Positions 14,570 through 29,318 of a stretch of 64,000 nucleotides of DNA are shown in pieces. The DNA comes from Eledone cirrhosa. Its lineage: Eukaryota. Location: contig OZ024757.1 in the NCBI GenBank assembly GCA_964016885.1, positions 41,974,001 through 42,038,000 on the forward strand. The letters run 5' to 3'. The translations under genes and the position numbers were made by a program. Numbering within the stretch: the stretch's first letter is position 1; each line of letters starts with the position of its first letter. The notes beneath the pieces were generated by a model that did no database searches, was not told the DNA's origin, and was given only the letters and a program-made list of their open reading frames with translations.

Positions 14570-14638
14570 CTGTATCTACTGTAAAAGAAATGTCATCTGG
14601 TTGTTCCAGACATTTTCTAAACATCCATGGACTCATCA
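14570..14638 (-). CDS. Internal coding exon (xMSPWMFRKCLEQPDDISFTVDT), unidentified gene
   Basis: Acceptor ttctttatttctag|, donor CAG|gtcagt, 69 bp, symmetric phase 1, open frame. Confidence 0.55.
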
Positions 14639-14671
14639 CTAGAAATAAAGAATAGAACATAGTTAATTAGA

Positions 14672-14734
<63 letters not shown>

Positions 14735-14763
14735 CAGCAGTTGTAGTAGTAGCAGCAGCAGTG

Positions 14764-14821
<58 letters not shown>

Positions 14822-14999
14822 CAGTAGTAGTAGTAGTAGTAATTACATGAAGATTTATTCTTCAACACAACTATGGATTATATCAGTGATGAGAGATTTG
14901 TCTTATCTTGTTGATTGCTGGAATACATTGAGATTAAAATGTTATTGGCATAACTCATTTACCTGAATATTTACACTTGTGATGTGTGAATGTGTATAT

Positions 15000-15032
<33 letters not shown>

Positions 15033-15059
15033 ACAAAATAAGATGCTGACGTTACATAT

Positions 15060-15370
15060 ATTGTTTAATCATTAGAATTATTTCCACGGTCCTCCATGCA
15101 ATCGAGATGTCCTTCATACAGTTGTTGTTGTTGTTAAGAGAACTGTATACTGAGATGATATCCGATATGTTTGATATGCCGCCGGCAGGAAAGGTAAATA
15201 CCTCCTTTGGCCACGAATGAACATGTGATTTGTACCAAGAAAGTTCCCCTCCAAGGTACAAGTGTGGGCAGTCACCCATCTATACCTGTCTCCCCTCTCC
15301 ATGCCACCAACGATGTCCAAGGGAAAGGCAATGGCCAATACAGCTTGGCACCAGTGATGTGTGATGCTAC
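15060..15370. other. Unique, more GC-rich segment, probably exonic; strand and frame unresolved
   Basis: + option 15076-15193 (ttag|...IISTVLHAIEMSFIQLLLLLRELYTEMISDMFDMPPAGK|gtaaat); - option 15286-15366 (SHITGAKLYWPLPFPWTSLVAWRGET, phase 1-1) or a longer - frame. Confidence 0.4.
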
Positions 15371-16001
15371 ACACCACAGCAACCACAATAACAACTACAA
15401 CAACCACAACTACTACAATAATAACAACAACAACCATAACAACTACAACAACTACAATAACAACAACAACAACAACCATAACTACAACAACAACTACAAT
15501 AACAACCACCACAACAACCATAAAAACTACAACTACAACAACCACCACAACAACAACCACAACTACAATAACAACAACAGCAACGAGAACTAAAAGAAAG
15601 ATTCAGGCAAATCTAAGGAAGTTCCTACCATTTCCAAAGACAAGAGAATGTCTCCAGGGAATGTTCCAGTGGAACTAAGACTCTGATCACTAATTTATAC
15701 AGCTCGTTAGTAATTAACGAAGAGAAGACAATTTGAGATGCCAGGACTGAAGCATGTTGGAATATATTCCCTTTATTTGTAATTAATTAAGGAAGCAGCA
15801 GCAGCAGCAACAGCAGGATTGATTGTCAATTGACAATATCGAAGTTAATTGTTTCTACTTTAGGCACAAGGAGAGCAATTTGAAAGGGGAGGGGAAAAAG
15901 TCGATTAAATAGACCCGTGTATTACTGGTACTTTATTATATCGAACCCAGAAGGGTTGTCACAAAGCAGGTTGTCCGACGCTCTACTGATACTACCAGTC
16001 C

Positions 16002-16035
<34 letters not shown>

Positions 16036-17713
16036 TTAATACATTAACAGAGAAAGCCTTAAGCGATACCCTGACCAACTCCATCTCACTCAACAAACAT
16101 TAGGATATACCTAAGTATTACCCCAATTTAGTGTTTGGGGTGCTAACTAATCAGTATTCCGTGGATAGCTGGTTCTATTATTTTATATGAGACATTATTA
16201 AATATCTCTTTCCTTCCAGACGGCCGTTTCGTTATAAGATTTCTACAATTTGGGATAAATAATTTCCAGGTTATGTAGAAACTTGTATATAATCCATAGT
16301 TTTATACACAAGTGGGCTCTTATAAACTCATCAGTGGATGCCCAAATAATATCGATATAAGAATTAATAGAGAGAGGGAGAGAGGGGGGGGAGATACAGA
16401 AGATGAAGAGGATAAAAGGATGTTTAAAGCAGAGTTAATATAGCTGGGAGTCAATTACAACACCAACACCACCACCACTACCACCACCAACACTATATCA
16501 CCACCACCACATCACCACTACCACCACCACCAACACCACCACCACTATACCACCACCACCACATCAACACCACCACCACCACCACTACCACCACCAACAC
16601 TATATCACCACTACCACCACCACATCACCAACACCACCACCACTATACCACCACCACCACATCAACACCACCACCACCACCACTACCACCACCAACACTA
16701 TATCACCACTACCACCACCACATCACCACCAACACCACCACCACTATACCACCACCACCACATCAACACCACCACCACCACCACTACCACCACCAACACT
16801 ATATCACCACTACCACCACCACATCACCACCAACACCACCACCACTATACCACCACCACCACATCAACACCACCACCACCACCACTACCACCACCAACAC
16901 TATATCACCACTACCACCACCACATCACCACCAACACCACCACCACTATACCACCACCACCACATCAACACCACCACCACCACCATAACAACTAACTCTT
17001 GCTATGATATGGTTAAGAATGACAGAGTATTTGATTAGTTAATTAAAACCATACAACACTCTGTGAATGTCGTCTTGGGAACTTTATCACCACCACCACC
17101 ACCACCACTATCACCACCACCACCACCACCATCACCACCACTATCACCACCACCACCACCACCACTGTCACCACCACCACCACCACCACTATCACCACCA
17201 CTATCACCACCACCACCACCACCACCACTATCACCACCACTATCACCACCACTATCACCACCACCACTATCACCACCACCACCACCACCACTATCACCAC
17301 CACTATCACCACCACCACCACCACCACTATCACCACCACCACCACCACCACTATCACCACCACCACCACCACCACCACTATCACCACCACCACCACCACC
17401 ATCACCACCACTATCACCACCACCACCACCACCACTGTCACCACCACCACCACCACCACTATCACCACCACTATCACCACCACCACCATCACCACCACTA
17501 TCACCACCACCACCACCACCACTATCACCACCACTATCACCACCACCACCACCACCACCACCACCACAACCACCACCCCCCAGCCATTCACCTCACCTGT
17601 CATTAGACCCATACATCCACTCCACATCAAAATGCACAGTTGAGAATTTCATTTCACACGTAACCTCCATCTTTGAGTGCTGCTGCTACTACTGCTGCTG
17701 CTGCTGTTGTTGT

Positions 17714-17745
<32 letters not shown>

Positions 17746-17929
17746 TTGCTGTTGCTGCTGCTGCTGCTGCTGCTGCTACACATTTACTTCCAGAAAAATC
17801 AAAGCCATTTATTTCAATGACATCATTTTGTAGCAGAAAATGAACTCATCTCTCTCTCTCTCTCTCCATATATATATACAAATGAAGTTCAGCATAATCG
17901 AAGCTCTGGCTGCAGCTAAGCTAACGAAG

Positions 17930-17978
17930 GCTTCTACAGGACTAGAACTGTTTAATTTGGCAGAAATCATCAGGAAGC
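17930..17978 (-). ncRNA. Degenerate hammerhead ribozyme (family C) in a fold-back repeat
   Basis: Minus strand: gcttc CTGATGA tttctgccaaat (T)AAAC agttcta GTC ctgta gaagc; GAAAC is intact in the sister copy at 19930-19972. Confidence 0.6.
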
Positions 17979-18204
17979 TTCTAGTGAATGAAACAGTTCT
18001 AGTCCTGTAGAAGTCATTTCTATATTAAATATTTATACTCTGCTATGTATTGAGTACCTTACTTACTGTGGTTACCTCTGATAATGCCAGCACCAATAGT
18101 TTTGCAAGAGATGTCAACATGAATGGACCTGTTATTTTTATCTAAAGACATTTTTTCCAATTCCAACCCACCAGTCCCCTCAACCTATCTTAATTCTCAT
18201 TCTT

Positions 18205-18345
18205 TCTTCTGATGAAGGACTAGCATCCGAAAAGTTAAGACCCTCTTCCTGCTATATCAAGCGTTATCCTAATATATCCCTTCCATATACTGCACCGATT
18301 GTGTTATTATTTCTGTTTACCTTTTATATACATACATGCATATAA
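18205..18345 (+). mobile_element. Penelope-like/retrozyme end fragment with minimal HHR (family B, slightly mutated)
   Basis: tctt CTGATGA a ggac tagc atcc GAAA(a) GTT aaga followed by the family tail shared with 46745, 22874 (-) and 33560. Confidence 0.65.
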
Positions 18346-18356
18346 TATATATATAT

Positions 18357-18660
18357 CATCATCATCATCGTTTAACGTCCATGTTCCACGCTTGCATGGG
18401 TTTGGACGGGAGTTTTCCCACTTGAGGCAAGAGTGGTTGTCTTGCTCGCATAGGACTGTCTGGCGGGTTTTCTACAGCTGGATGCCCTTCCTAACACCAA
18501 CCACATTTACAGTGTGGGACTGGGAGGTTTTTACCGTGTTGCCTACACGGCCACATTACAGCGTGGACTGTGTGTTTTTTGTCGTGACACCTACACGATC
18601 TCATTTGTTTCGGCCTGGATGTTGTGGCACCAACATAACTTTACATTGAAAGGGGCGGTG
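18357..18660 (-). mobile_element. Abundant non-LTR retroelement 3' tail ending in (ATG)n (RTE-type LINE/SINE tail)
   Basis: catcatcatcgtttaacgtcc...catgggtt...ggatgcccttcctaacaccaaccac; further copies at ~6306, 9580, 9747, 22400, 41900-42270, 52545, 58740. Confidence 0.7.
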
Positions 18661-18729
18661 TGGATGGGACGGGGGTGGTGGGACGGGGGTGTATTTTGTT
18701 AGAGATGCCTACTGACTGTAGTAGGTTTT

Positions 18730-18765
<36 letters not shown>

Positions 18766-18884
18766 CTTTCTTACCACTTTCTCATATCGATCAACAAAAT
18801 GTCTTGCAGTATTTAATCCAGTTTTATCTATTCTGAGTTCGAATCTCACAGATGTCAACTTTATACCAATCTAGGGCAATTGTC

Positions 18885-19100
18885 TTCTTCTTCTTTGCCC
18901 ACTTATTCCTGAAAGGGTTGTGGAGGGCAGAATCCTGAAACACTCCCTCCAGCAGGTCCTGTCAGAAGGAACTGTTTCCAACTGATCCAGCTAGATCCTC
19001 CAAGCAAGACCAGCCAAGCTCATGGATTTTATCCAACAATTTTGCTGGGAGGGGGGGGGGGGTCTATTCATGGGTCTCCTGGTGGTTGGTTTTGCCTGTA
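18885..19100 (-). mobile_element. RTE LINE 3' end fragment with (AAG)n tail
   Basis: Homologous to 39585-39780 and to 47660-47720 and 60430-60545; encodes a degenerate KPTRRP..R...WIKSM C-terminus. Confidence 0.65.
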
Positions 19101-19911
19101 AAACACCAACAGCACTACCGCAAACACCACCACCACCCCTACATCACCATCACCAAACAGTCCTACACGACCACCACCAACACCCCTGCATCCCCCCCAC
19201 CACCACCACCACCACCCACACTTCTAAAATATCTCTGTCACTTCCTAATTTCTAAAATCTGTGTCTGTCTTCCTGAAGAGAATGACTCCTCCCTACATTT
19301 CTGCGGATAGTTTGTCTGATAACCTTTTGTAAATTAATCATCTTTGCTAACTTTCTTAAATGGTGAGAGAGAAAGAGAGAAATTGTTACATAAAGAAATT
19401 GTTGGATAATGTGACTATAAGTGTTATTAATTAAATGATTGTAAGTTTAAAACTGAACTTTAACGAACTATAATCTAATAGAATATCCTGGGAGAGAAGG
19501 AATATATATTCTAAAATATACAAAATATAAAATTATCCCCTGTGATTGTTTCATGTGTTTATTTTTAAAAAAATATATATATATATGTCAATCAATTTCT
19601 AGTTGATATAAAATATAAAATACATTAAAACAAGGTTTTAACCCTTTAGTTACCAACCCAGCCAAAACCAGCTCTGGTTCTATGAAATAAAACCACCCCT
19701 TATAAAGAGTTCCTATTTAACCCTTTAGTTACCAACCCAGCCAAAACCAGCTCTAGTTCTATGAAATAAAATGATGATGATTTGAAAATTAAAAAGAAAA
19801 AAAAACTTCAAATAAAACTGGCCATATGTGTGTGTGTGTGTGTGTGTCAGGTTCAATTGTGGGTAACCACAGTAAGTAAGGTACTCAATACATTAGTAGA
19901 GTATATACAAC

Positions 19912-20016
19912 AAATTTAATATAGAAATGGCTTCTACAGGACTAGAACTGTTTCATTCTAGGGAAATCATCATGAAACAGTTCTAATCCTGTAGAAGCCA
20001 TTTCTATATTAAATTT
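19912..20016. repeat. Fold-back inverted repeat centred on an HHR (family C)
   Basis: aaatttaatatagaaatggcttctacaggactagaactgtttcat ... atgaaacagttctaatcctgtagaagccatttctatattaaattt. Confidence 0.9.
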
Positions 20017-20028
20017 TGGTATATATAT

Positions 20029-20213
20029 ATAGAATAGAAAACGAAAAATCAGTGATGCATCTGAACTCAATTTATTGCGTGTTACAATTGTTTCGGGTCC
20101 CGAATCAGACAGATCCACACAATGATCGCGTCTCAAGCTGTCTGCCAGCGAAACAATTGTAACACAATAAATTGAGTTCAGATGCATCACTGATTTTTCG
20201 TTTTCTATTCTAT
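20029..20213. repeat. Fold-back inverted repeat with two back-to-back HHR 3' halves
   Basis: Arms of ~65 bp; both strands read ...C GAAAC AATT GTA acac (palindromic helix III); + strand helix II gctg-tctgc-cagc. Confidence 0.85.
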
Positions 20214-20303
20214 CATACTCTGCTCTGTAAGAGCATAGAGTGCTCGACCGGCATACTGCCTATGGAATCATTTTAGTTACCATCAGGCACACACACACAC
20301 ATA

Positions 20304-20371
<68 letters not shown>

Positions 20372-21126
20372 CAGATTAAAGTTTAAGCAAAGAATCGCTG
20401 CTTTCACCCTTAAGAGGATCTTCTGAAACCTGTTATTTTAATAAATATTTATTATTATTACTATATATGTGTGTGTGTGTGTGTGTGGGTGTGTGTGCGT
20501 GTGTGTGTGCGCGTGCGTGTGTAAAGAAAAAAAGGAACCTGATAATTTCTCGTCTGGCCTGGAGTATCAACAATTGAACCAATGACCCGTATCTTATTGA
20601 ACAGTGTATTTAACGATCAATTAGTAATTCTATGAATAATGATAGAGACACAGATATAGATTCCTGTTTATCACAGCAGATCAAACCTAATTCTCATCAA
20701 TACAATCTTATGATTTATAGAAAATAATCAATAAATCAATAAATATTTGATCTAAATCAATGATGTTTAGACTCTGAATATGTTTTATTGTTAGTTTTCT
20801 TGTATTGTCAACTAAATTACTTTACATTGCTTTAACAATCTCTCTATCTATCTATCTATCTCTCTCTATCTCTCTCTCTGTCTATCTCACACACACTTTA
20901 ATCCCTCTCTCTCTATCTCTCTCTGTCTATCTCACACACACTTTAATCCCTCTCTCTCTATCTCTCTCTGTCTATCTCACACACACTTTAATCCCTCTCT
21001 CTCTATCTCTCTCTCACATACACTTTAATCCCTCTCTCTCAATCTCTCTCTATCTATCTCTCACACTCACTCACATTCGATAACAAATCTTTCTCTCTCT
21101 CTATCACATACATCCATCCACAGACA

Positions 21127-21205
<79 letters not shown>

Positions 21206-22873
21206 CCAATAACAAATCAATCAATCATATGTTTAATATCCAATCAATATGTCAAGAATTTCTGACATGATTGGTAAATTGTTATATTACAAATAAAACT
21301 GATGTTTTGATATTGTTGTTGTTGTTGGTGATGGTGGTGGTGGTGTAGTGGAGGTGGTGGTGTGGTGGTGGTGGTGATAGTGATTGTGGTGGTTGTGTTG
21401 GTGTAGGTAGTGGTGGTGGTGGTGTTGGTTGTGTTGGTGTTGTTATTGTTGGTGTTGTGTTGGTGTTGTTGTTGGTGGTAGTGTTGGTATTGTGGTGGTG
21501 TTGGTGTGGTGGTGTTGGTGTGGTGGTGTTGGTGGTGAGCCCTAATTCAAACCCTAACTCTAAACCTAGTCCTAACTCAAACCCTAGCTCTAATCTTGCT
21601 CTGACAGTCACCCTAAAATGTAGCCAATCCTAACCCCCAGCTCTAATACCACTGAACTCTCACCCTTACCCTCACCTAAACCCTAATCCTCACCCCTTCT
21701 CTCCCACTCCTTTTATACGACAACAATTTTGTAAAGAGAAGAAACCCGTAAATCATTTATTTATTTCAAATATTTTTAAAACTTTTAATCTCATGAAATA
21801 ATGTTGCCTTTAGCTGTGTGTGTGTGTGTGTGTCTTTGTATGTGTGTGAATGTGTGTGTGTGTGTGAATGTGTGTATGTCGGTATGTGTGTGAATGTGTG
21901 TGTGTGTGTGTGTGGACATGTTATGCAACCAAGATTGAAACAAAAAAACTTTAATCTATAAACACGAAGAGTCTGATAGACAGATATTTAGTGCAGTGTG
22001 TGTGTGTATGTGTGTGTATATGTGTGTGTATGTGTGTGTATGTGTGTGTATATATATGTGTGTATGTGTGTGTGTGTATGTGTGTATATGTGTGTGTATA
22101 TGTGTACGTGATAGATATATTTTGTATATATATATATCTACATATATGTATGTATGTGTATATGTATATGTGTATGCGTCATAGATATATTTTGTGCCAA
22201 GTAAGACTGCAAGATTTGTAAAGTGATGGCATTAAAAAGTGAGATATAGTCTGTATTGTAGATTTACTCTGCTCTATCTTCAGCATTAGAAATAATAATG
22301 AACAAATGTTATGGGCCAACATGAGAGTCAGCCCAGAATTATCTCAATAATATTCTTAGTTCAGCTTGCACTCAATCATTCAGTGCAGGCAGACTTTTTT
22401 AGTGGCCGTGTAGGAGACACGGTAAAAAGGCTCCCAGTCCACACTGTAAATGTGGTTGGTGTTAGGAAGGGCATCCAGCCATAGTAAACCTGCCAGAGGC
22501 AGTTCTGTACAAGCGAGACACGGTCACCTGACCAATCTCGCCTCAAGTGGGACAAAACCGTCCAACCCATGCTAGCGAGGAAGATGGACATTAAATGATG
22601 ATGATGATGACATATATATATACATCTATATATATATATGAGCATACATACATACATATATACATATGATCGCCGCAACTTGACTTCGAGTAATGCCATC
22701 GCTTGACACCTAAGCATGAGCAGTACCGAGGTGGCTATTTAGTCCTGCCAGGGACTTGCACACTCTTGCACAGATGCTGCAACAATGGAGACTTCACGCA
22801 GTAGGTTTCTATATATATAGACAGTATATAGAAAGAATATATTAGGTTAACGCTCGAAATAGCATAAAGAGTG

Positions 22874-22909
22874 CCTTAACGTTTCGGACGCTAGTCCTTC
22901 ATTAGAAGA
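22874..22909 (-). ncRNA. Minimal HHR family B copy with core mutation (CTAATGA)
   Basis: Minus strand: tctt CTaATGA a ggac tagc gtcc GAAAC GTT aagg. Confidence 0.7.
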
Positions 22910-23438
22910 AAGAATGAGAAATTAGAAAGATTGAGGGGACAGGCAGGGTGGAATTGGAAAAAATCTTTTTAAGAGAAAAATAACAGGTCCATTTATGTTG
23001 CCAACTCTTGGAAAACTGTTGATGTTGGCGTTTTATGTATGATTTTATATATATACACACACATATATATATATACACACACATATATATATATATACAC
23101 ACACACACGTATATATATATACACACACACACATATATATATATATATACACACACACATATATATATATATATACACACACATATATATATATACACAC
23201 ACATATATATATATACACACACACATATATATATATATATACACACACACATATATATATATATACACACACATATATATATATACACACACATATATAT
23301 ATATACACACACATATATATATATATACACACACATATATATATATACACACACATATATATATATATATATACACACACATATATATATATATACACAC
23401 ACATATATATATATATACACACACATATATATATATAT

Positions 23439-23485
<47 letters not shown>

Positions 23486-23943
23486 AACACACACACATAT
23501 CCTTGACCCATTCTTCATCATTAGACCCCCTCTCCCTTCCTCCACCTCTATCAACTCCTCGCCAACTTTGCTCTAAAACTTATTGAGAATCCTAATAATC
23601 AATGAACTGCGACATATCTACTTCATCTTTCTAAATATTGATTGGATTTCTACTTCAGTTGATTTGTTGGCACCACCAACACCACCACTACCACCACTAC
23701 CAACACCACCACCAACACCACCAACACCACCACCTTCACCACCACCAACACCACCACTAGCACCACTACCACTACCACCATCACCATCACCACTATCATC
23801 ATTATCAACACCACCACCAACACCATCACCACCACCACTATCATCATTATCAACACCACTACCAACACCATCAACAACACTACTGCTATCACCACACACC
23901 ACTACCTGTCAACCCCACCACGTACAGAATGTGAGACATTAAG

Positions 23944-24000
<57 letters not shown>

Positions 24001-24099
24001 CCCATTTTAACCCTAACCTTAACAATAAAAATTTACAACAGATTCAAAGTGACAGATAAAAAAACAATTGACAGCTGCAGTAGAAGAAATCCTAAGCAA

Positions 24100-24492
24100 C
24101 ATATGTAAGCCAAAAGATGTAAACTAAAAGATATAAGCCAAAAGATGTAAACTAAAAGATGTAAGCCAAAAGATGTAAACTAAAAGATGTAAACTAAAAG
24201 ATGTAAACTAAAAGATGTAAACTAAAAGATGTAAACTAAAAGATGTAAGCCAAAAGATGTAAACTAAAAGATGTAAACTAAAAGATGTAAACTAAAAGAT
24301 GTAAACTAAAAGATGTAAACTAAAAGATGTAAACTAAAAGATGTAAGTCAAAAGATGTAAACTAAAAGTTTAGTGAATTGGCCATAGGGTTATTTACTCC
24401 AGTAAATACCCTATGGCCAATTCACTAAAGATGTAAGTCAAAAGATGTAAGCCAAAAGATGTAAGCCAAAAGATGTAAGCAAAAAGATGTAG
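24100..24492 (+). repeat. 14-bp minisatellite (taaaagatgtaaac) interrupted by a 61-bp hairpin
   Basis: Direct reading; hairpin at 24369-24429. Confidence 0.9.
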
Positions 24493-25930
24493 ACAAGCAT
24501 GACATTATCTCTGTAGCCATCAACAGACACAAGAACATGAATATAACCAACACAGACAACATCAAAGGTACAAACTGGATAATGTTTCAAAGATATTCCA
24601 TTATAAAAAGAAGATATTAAGTGGTTTAATTTGGGAATATCTCAGAACATATGTGTGTGTATATCTGTATATGTATATAAGTATATCTCTGTGTGTGTGT
24701 GTATGTATATAAGTATATGTATACATACCTCTCTATATGTGCGTGTGTGTTTACATATATATAGAGAGATGGGGGGGGGGGGGCTGATGCTGTGTTTCAG
24801 TATACTAGTTTCGCAGTCACTAAAGTTGCTACCGATACTATCTATTACAACAGCAGATATTTCAGTAAGTTATGATAAACATCAGTGTTTGTTTACAAGT
24901 TAATTTAGACAATAGTCTCGCCATCATTTACTGCGGAATTTATGTTGAAAACAAGAAAAATACTCCAACAAAAGACAGCATGGAATACTCCAAGACATGG
25001 AATACTCCAAGACAAGGAATATTCCGAAACAAGGAATACTCCAAGACATGGAATACTCCAAGACAAGGAATATGTCTTCCATTTAACATCTATATTCTTC
25101 TCTCTCTCCATTTAACCTCTTGTCTATTCTCCTTCAAAACAAAACTTCCAAAAACTTCTGCTTTAATAGAACGAAGGCTGTGTAGAGGGCAGAAGACTAT
25201 TTTGCCATATAAAGGCAAAGCAACTCTTCAGGTGTCAGTGCTGGTGCCACCATAAAATGTACTCAATACACATTTTTAAAGTGGTTGGCAATCAAAACAA
25301 GGACAACAATGCATAGAGAAACCTCTTTAGTCTTGTTGAGTACAGTACAACTTCTCTAGTGCGGGTTCTGTGATGAAATGTACCCAGTACAGATAGATAG
25401 ATGGATGGAGAGAGAGATAGGCAGATGGATGGATAGAGAGATAGACAGACAGATAGAGAGATAGAGGGAGAGACAGACAGATAGGTAGATAGAGAGACAG
25501 ACCGACAGATAGAGATATAGGGAGATAAAGAGACAGATATACAGAATATAGTGTAACCTTTCTCATCAGTTTAGGTAGAAATAAATCATTTACACCATTT
25601 AGCAGTACAAATGAAAGATGAAACATGACTAGAAAAGTAGCAGCTAACCTTTCATTGAAAAACCATGTCATAATTCTGTGAATGTTCAAAACAAGAGATT
25701 CTTGCCCCCACTACCCCTACCCTTATTATCTTCTCTCTCTCTCTCTCTCTCTCATTTATCTATCTATCTCTCACACTCCCTCTTTATATTTACATACATA
25801 CATACATATATGTATGTATGTATGTATATAGATAGATAGATAGAGAGATATTGTGTGTATTTGTGAGTATGTGTATATATAGATAGATAGATATATGTGT
25901 GTGTATGTGTATATATAGGTGTACATGTGT

Positions 25931-25984
<54 letters not shown>

Positions 25985-26510
25985 ATATATATATGTGTGT
26001 ATATATATATGTATATATGTATGTATGTATAGATAGATAGATAGATAGATATATAGATAGATAGATAGATAGATATATGAAGTGCCCTGGTGTTTTTCCT
26101 TTCAGATAATTGCTTTGTTTTTCACATTCCAGTTTTTTTTTTCGAAAGCTGACACTAAGAATTAAAAAAAGTCGTTTAAAAATACAATAAAAAATAAACA
26201 GATACTCTTGATGGTGGTGATGGTGATGATGGTGGTGGTGATGGTGGTGATGGTGATGATGGTGGTGATGGTGGTGATGGTGGTGATGGTGGTGATGGTG
26301 GTGGTGATGGTGGTGGTGGTGGTGATGGTGATGATGGTGGTGGCGGTGATGGTGGTGGCGGTGATGGTGATGATGATGATGGCGGTGATGGTGGTGGTGG
26401 TGGTGATGGTGGTGATATCTATATTAGCCACAAGGTGTTTCAATACATGTGGGGTTGGACCAAGTTATATATATAACAAAACAGAGTCGGTACCAGGGTG
26501 TTATACAAGA

Positions 26511-27237
26511 TTAATGGTTACCAAGGGTGAAGCTGTTATACAAGAGATAGATTAATGGTTACCAAGGGTGAAGTTGTTATACAAGAGATAGATTAATGGT
26601 TACCAAGGGTGAAGTTGTTATACAAGAGATAGATTAATGGTTACCAAGGGTGAAGTTGTTATACAAGAGATAGATTAATGGTTACCAAGGGTGAAGCTGT
26701 TATACAAGAGATAGATTAATGGTTACCAAGGGTGAAGTTGTTATACAAGAGATAGATTAATGGTTACCAAGGGTGAAGTTGTTATACAAGAGATAGATTA
26801 ATGGTTACCAAGGGTGAAGTTGTTATACAAGAGATAGATTAATGGTTACTAAGGGTGAAGTTGTTATACAAGAGATAGATTAATGGTTACCAAGGGTGAA
26901 GTTGTTATACAAGAGATAGATTAATGGTTACTAAGGGTGAAGTTGTTATACAAGAGATAGATTAATGGTTACTAAGGGTGAAGTTGTTATATAAGAGATA
27001 TATTAATGGTTACTAAGGGTGAAGTTGTTATACAAGAGATAGATTAATGGTTACTAAGGGTGAAGTTGTTATACAAGAGATAGATTAATGGTTACCAAGG
27101 GTGAAGTTGTTATACAAGAGATAGATTAATGGTTACCAAGGGTCAAGTTGTTATACAAGAGATAGATTAATGGTTACCAAGGGTGAAGTTGTTATACAGG
27201 AGATAGATTAATGGTTACTAAGGGTGAAGTTGTTATA
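26511..27237 (+). repeat. 41-bp tandem satellite, ~17-18 copies
   Basis: Unit ttaatggttaccaagggtgaagttgttatacaagagataga. Confidence 0.95.
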
Positions 27238-28058
27238 AACTACACAGAAATTAAATATAAGATGTGAACTACAATATAAAACTATTGAGGGTGACCCCCC
27301 TGTACCAGGTGGGGAAGGGGTAGAACTCTAGATTACTGCCCTGAACATAGGTGGATAAAAACAGAAAGACAAATACTGTTGATACTCTGAGTTTCTTGGT
27401 CCTTATAAAACACACACACACATAAATATATGTAAACACAAACACACACGCTCTCTCACACACACACAAATATATATAAACACACACCCTCTCTCACACA
27501 CACACACACACATCATTATTATTGTTGTTGTTGTTATTATTATTGGTCGAGCGTCGGACACCATGCTTTGCAGCAGAGTTATGGCCCTTTGCGTTCAGAG
27601 TTCAAATCCCACCAAGTCTAACTTTGCTTTTCATCATTACAAGGTCGACAAATTAAAGTACCAGTAATGCACTGGTTAATTGCTGGCCTTGTGCCAGAAA
27701 CTATAAACATTATTATCCCACACCTCAGACATAACGTACTTCTCTAGGATACCTGCACTTATCAGATTAAAAGATCGATTGTTATATTAAATATTTATAA
27801 GTTATGATATCACAGTTGAGGTGACAACAGTCTCTCTCATGAGGCTTTCCCAGCCCCTCACAGCAGTGTGTGTGTGTCTACAGAGACATATACTGTATAT
27901 AGCACACACACACACACATGAATACATACATACAGAGAGAGAGAGAGAGATACATATACATTTATATATACAAATATATACATATACACACATTTATATA
28001 TATATACACATACACAAACAATATATATATATGTATACAAATATAAATGTATATACAA

Positions 28059-28099
<41 letters not shown>

Positions 28100-28156
28100 A
28101 ATATATATATATGTATACAAATAAATATATATACATACAAATATATATACACACAT

Positions 28157-28203
<47 letters not shown>

Positions 28204-28208
28204 CAAAT

Positions 28209-28239
<31 letters not shown>

Positions 28240-28270
28240 CAAATACACACACATATATATATATACAAAT

Positions 28271-28309
<39 letters not shown>

Positions 28310-28386
28310 AATACACATATATATACACAAATATATATGTGTGTGTTAAAGTAAATGATGTCATGTACACCATGGATTTAAAGACT

Positions 28387-28432
28387 TTAGAAATTGCTTT
28401 GGGTGAAACGAATAAAGTCCATTATGTGTGTG

Positions 28433-28502
<70 letters not shown>

Positions 28503-28538
28503 ATGGACTTTACTCGTTTTACCCAAAGCAATTTCTAA
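28387..28538. repeat. Inverted repeat around (TA)n carrying an HHR-like 3' half
   Basis: ttagaaattgctttgggt GAAAC gaataaa GTC cattatgtg ...(TA)n... cacataatggactttactcgttttacccaaagcaatttctaa. Confidence 0.8.
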
Positions 28539-28559
28539 CCTTTAGATAGATATACCAAA

Positions 28560-28604
<45 letters not shown>

Positions 28605-28815
28605 CGTTTATACATATGTGTGCATAATATATACATATATATATATATAAATTACATATTCATTTTTAACAATGATAAGAAAGGTTATTTGCGGGGGGCT
28701 ACATTGTTAGAGCAACCGCGAAGAATGAAAAACAGCGACGTGGTCCATAAAAACGTCAAAGCATAACGTAAAATGTAGCGCGGTAAATACGCTTTATTGT
28801 TGTTGATAATTTACC

Positions 28816-28848
<33 letters not shown>

Positions 28849-29035
28849 CTCGCTTACACACACATACATACATATATTTATATATAAACACACACATACG
28901 TATAAACGCACATATATATAGAAACATACAAACAGGCACACATATATATAAACACGCATATATATATATATATATATATAAATGTAAGTATGTATGTATA
29001 CGTACATACATATATGTATACAGACGTACAGCAGC

Positions 29036-29086
<51 letters not shown>

Positions 29087-29237
29087 CATACACATACATA
29101 CATGCACACAGGTACACATACATATATGCACGCATCAGTTTAGCCGACGTTTATTATAACGCAGCTTTGTTCGTTTGTTTGTCAACAAACAGAACAGCCT
29201 GAATTTCGGTATGCCTGACCGATTTAACTCACTCAAT

Positions 29238-29245
29238 ATGCAAAT
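29238..29245 (+). promoter_or_regulatory. Octamer motif ATGCAAAT (second copy at 29750-29757)
   Basis: Perfect octamer in each unit, ~165 bp upstream of a PSE-like box (ttaacaccgtatggcataaat, ~29402-29422). Function is inferred. Confidence 0.45.
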
Positions 29246-29318
29246 TAGGCTGCTCAGCCGTTAATTTTCATAAGGAAAGTATATACTTTCGAACGTTCAA
29301 CTATCTGGCAGATGGGTA

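Noticed and set aside
21540-21700. Telomere-like CCCTAA repeats
   Set aside because: Short and highly degenerate; at most an interstitial or transposon-associated remnant.
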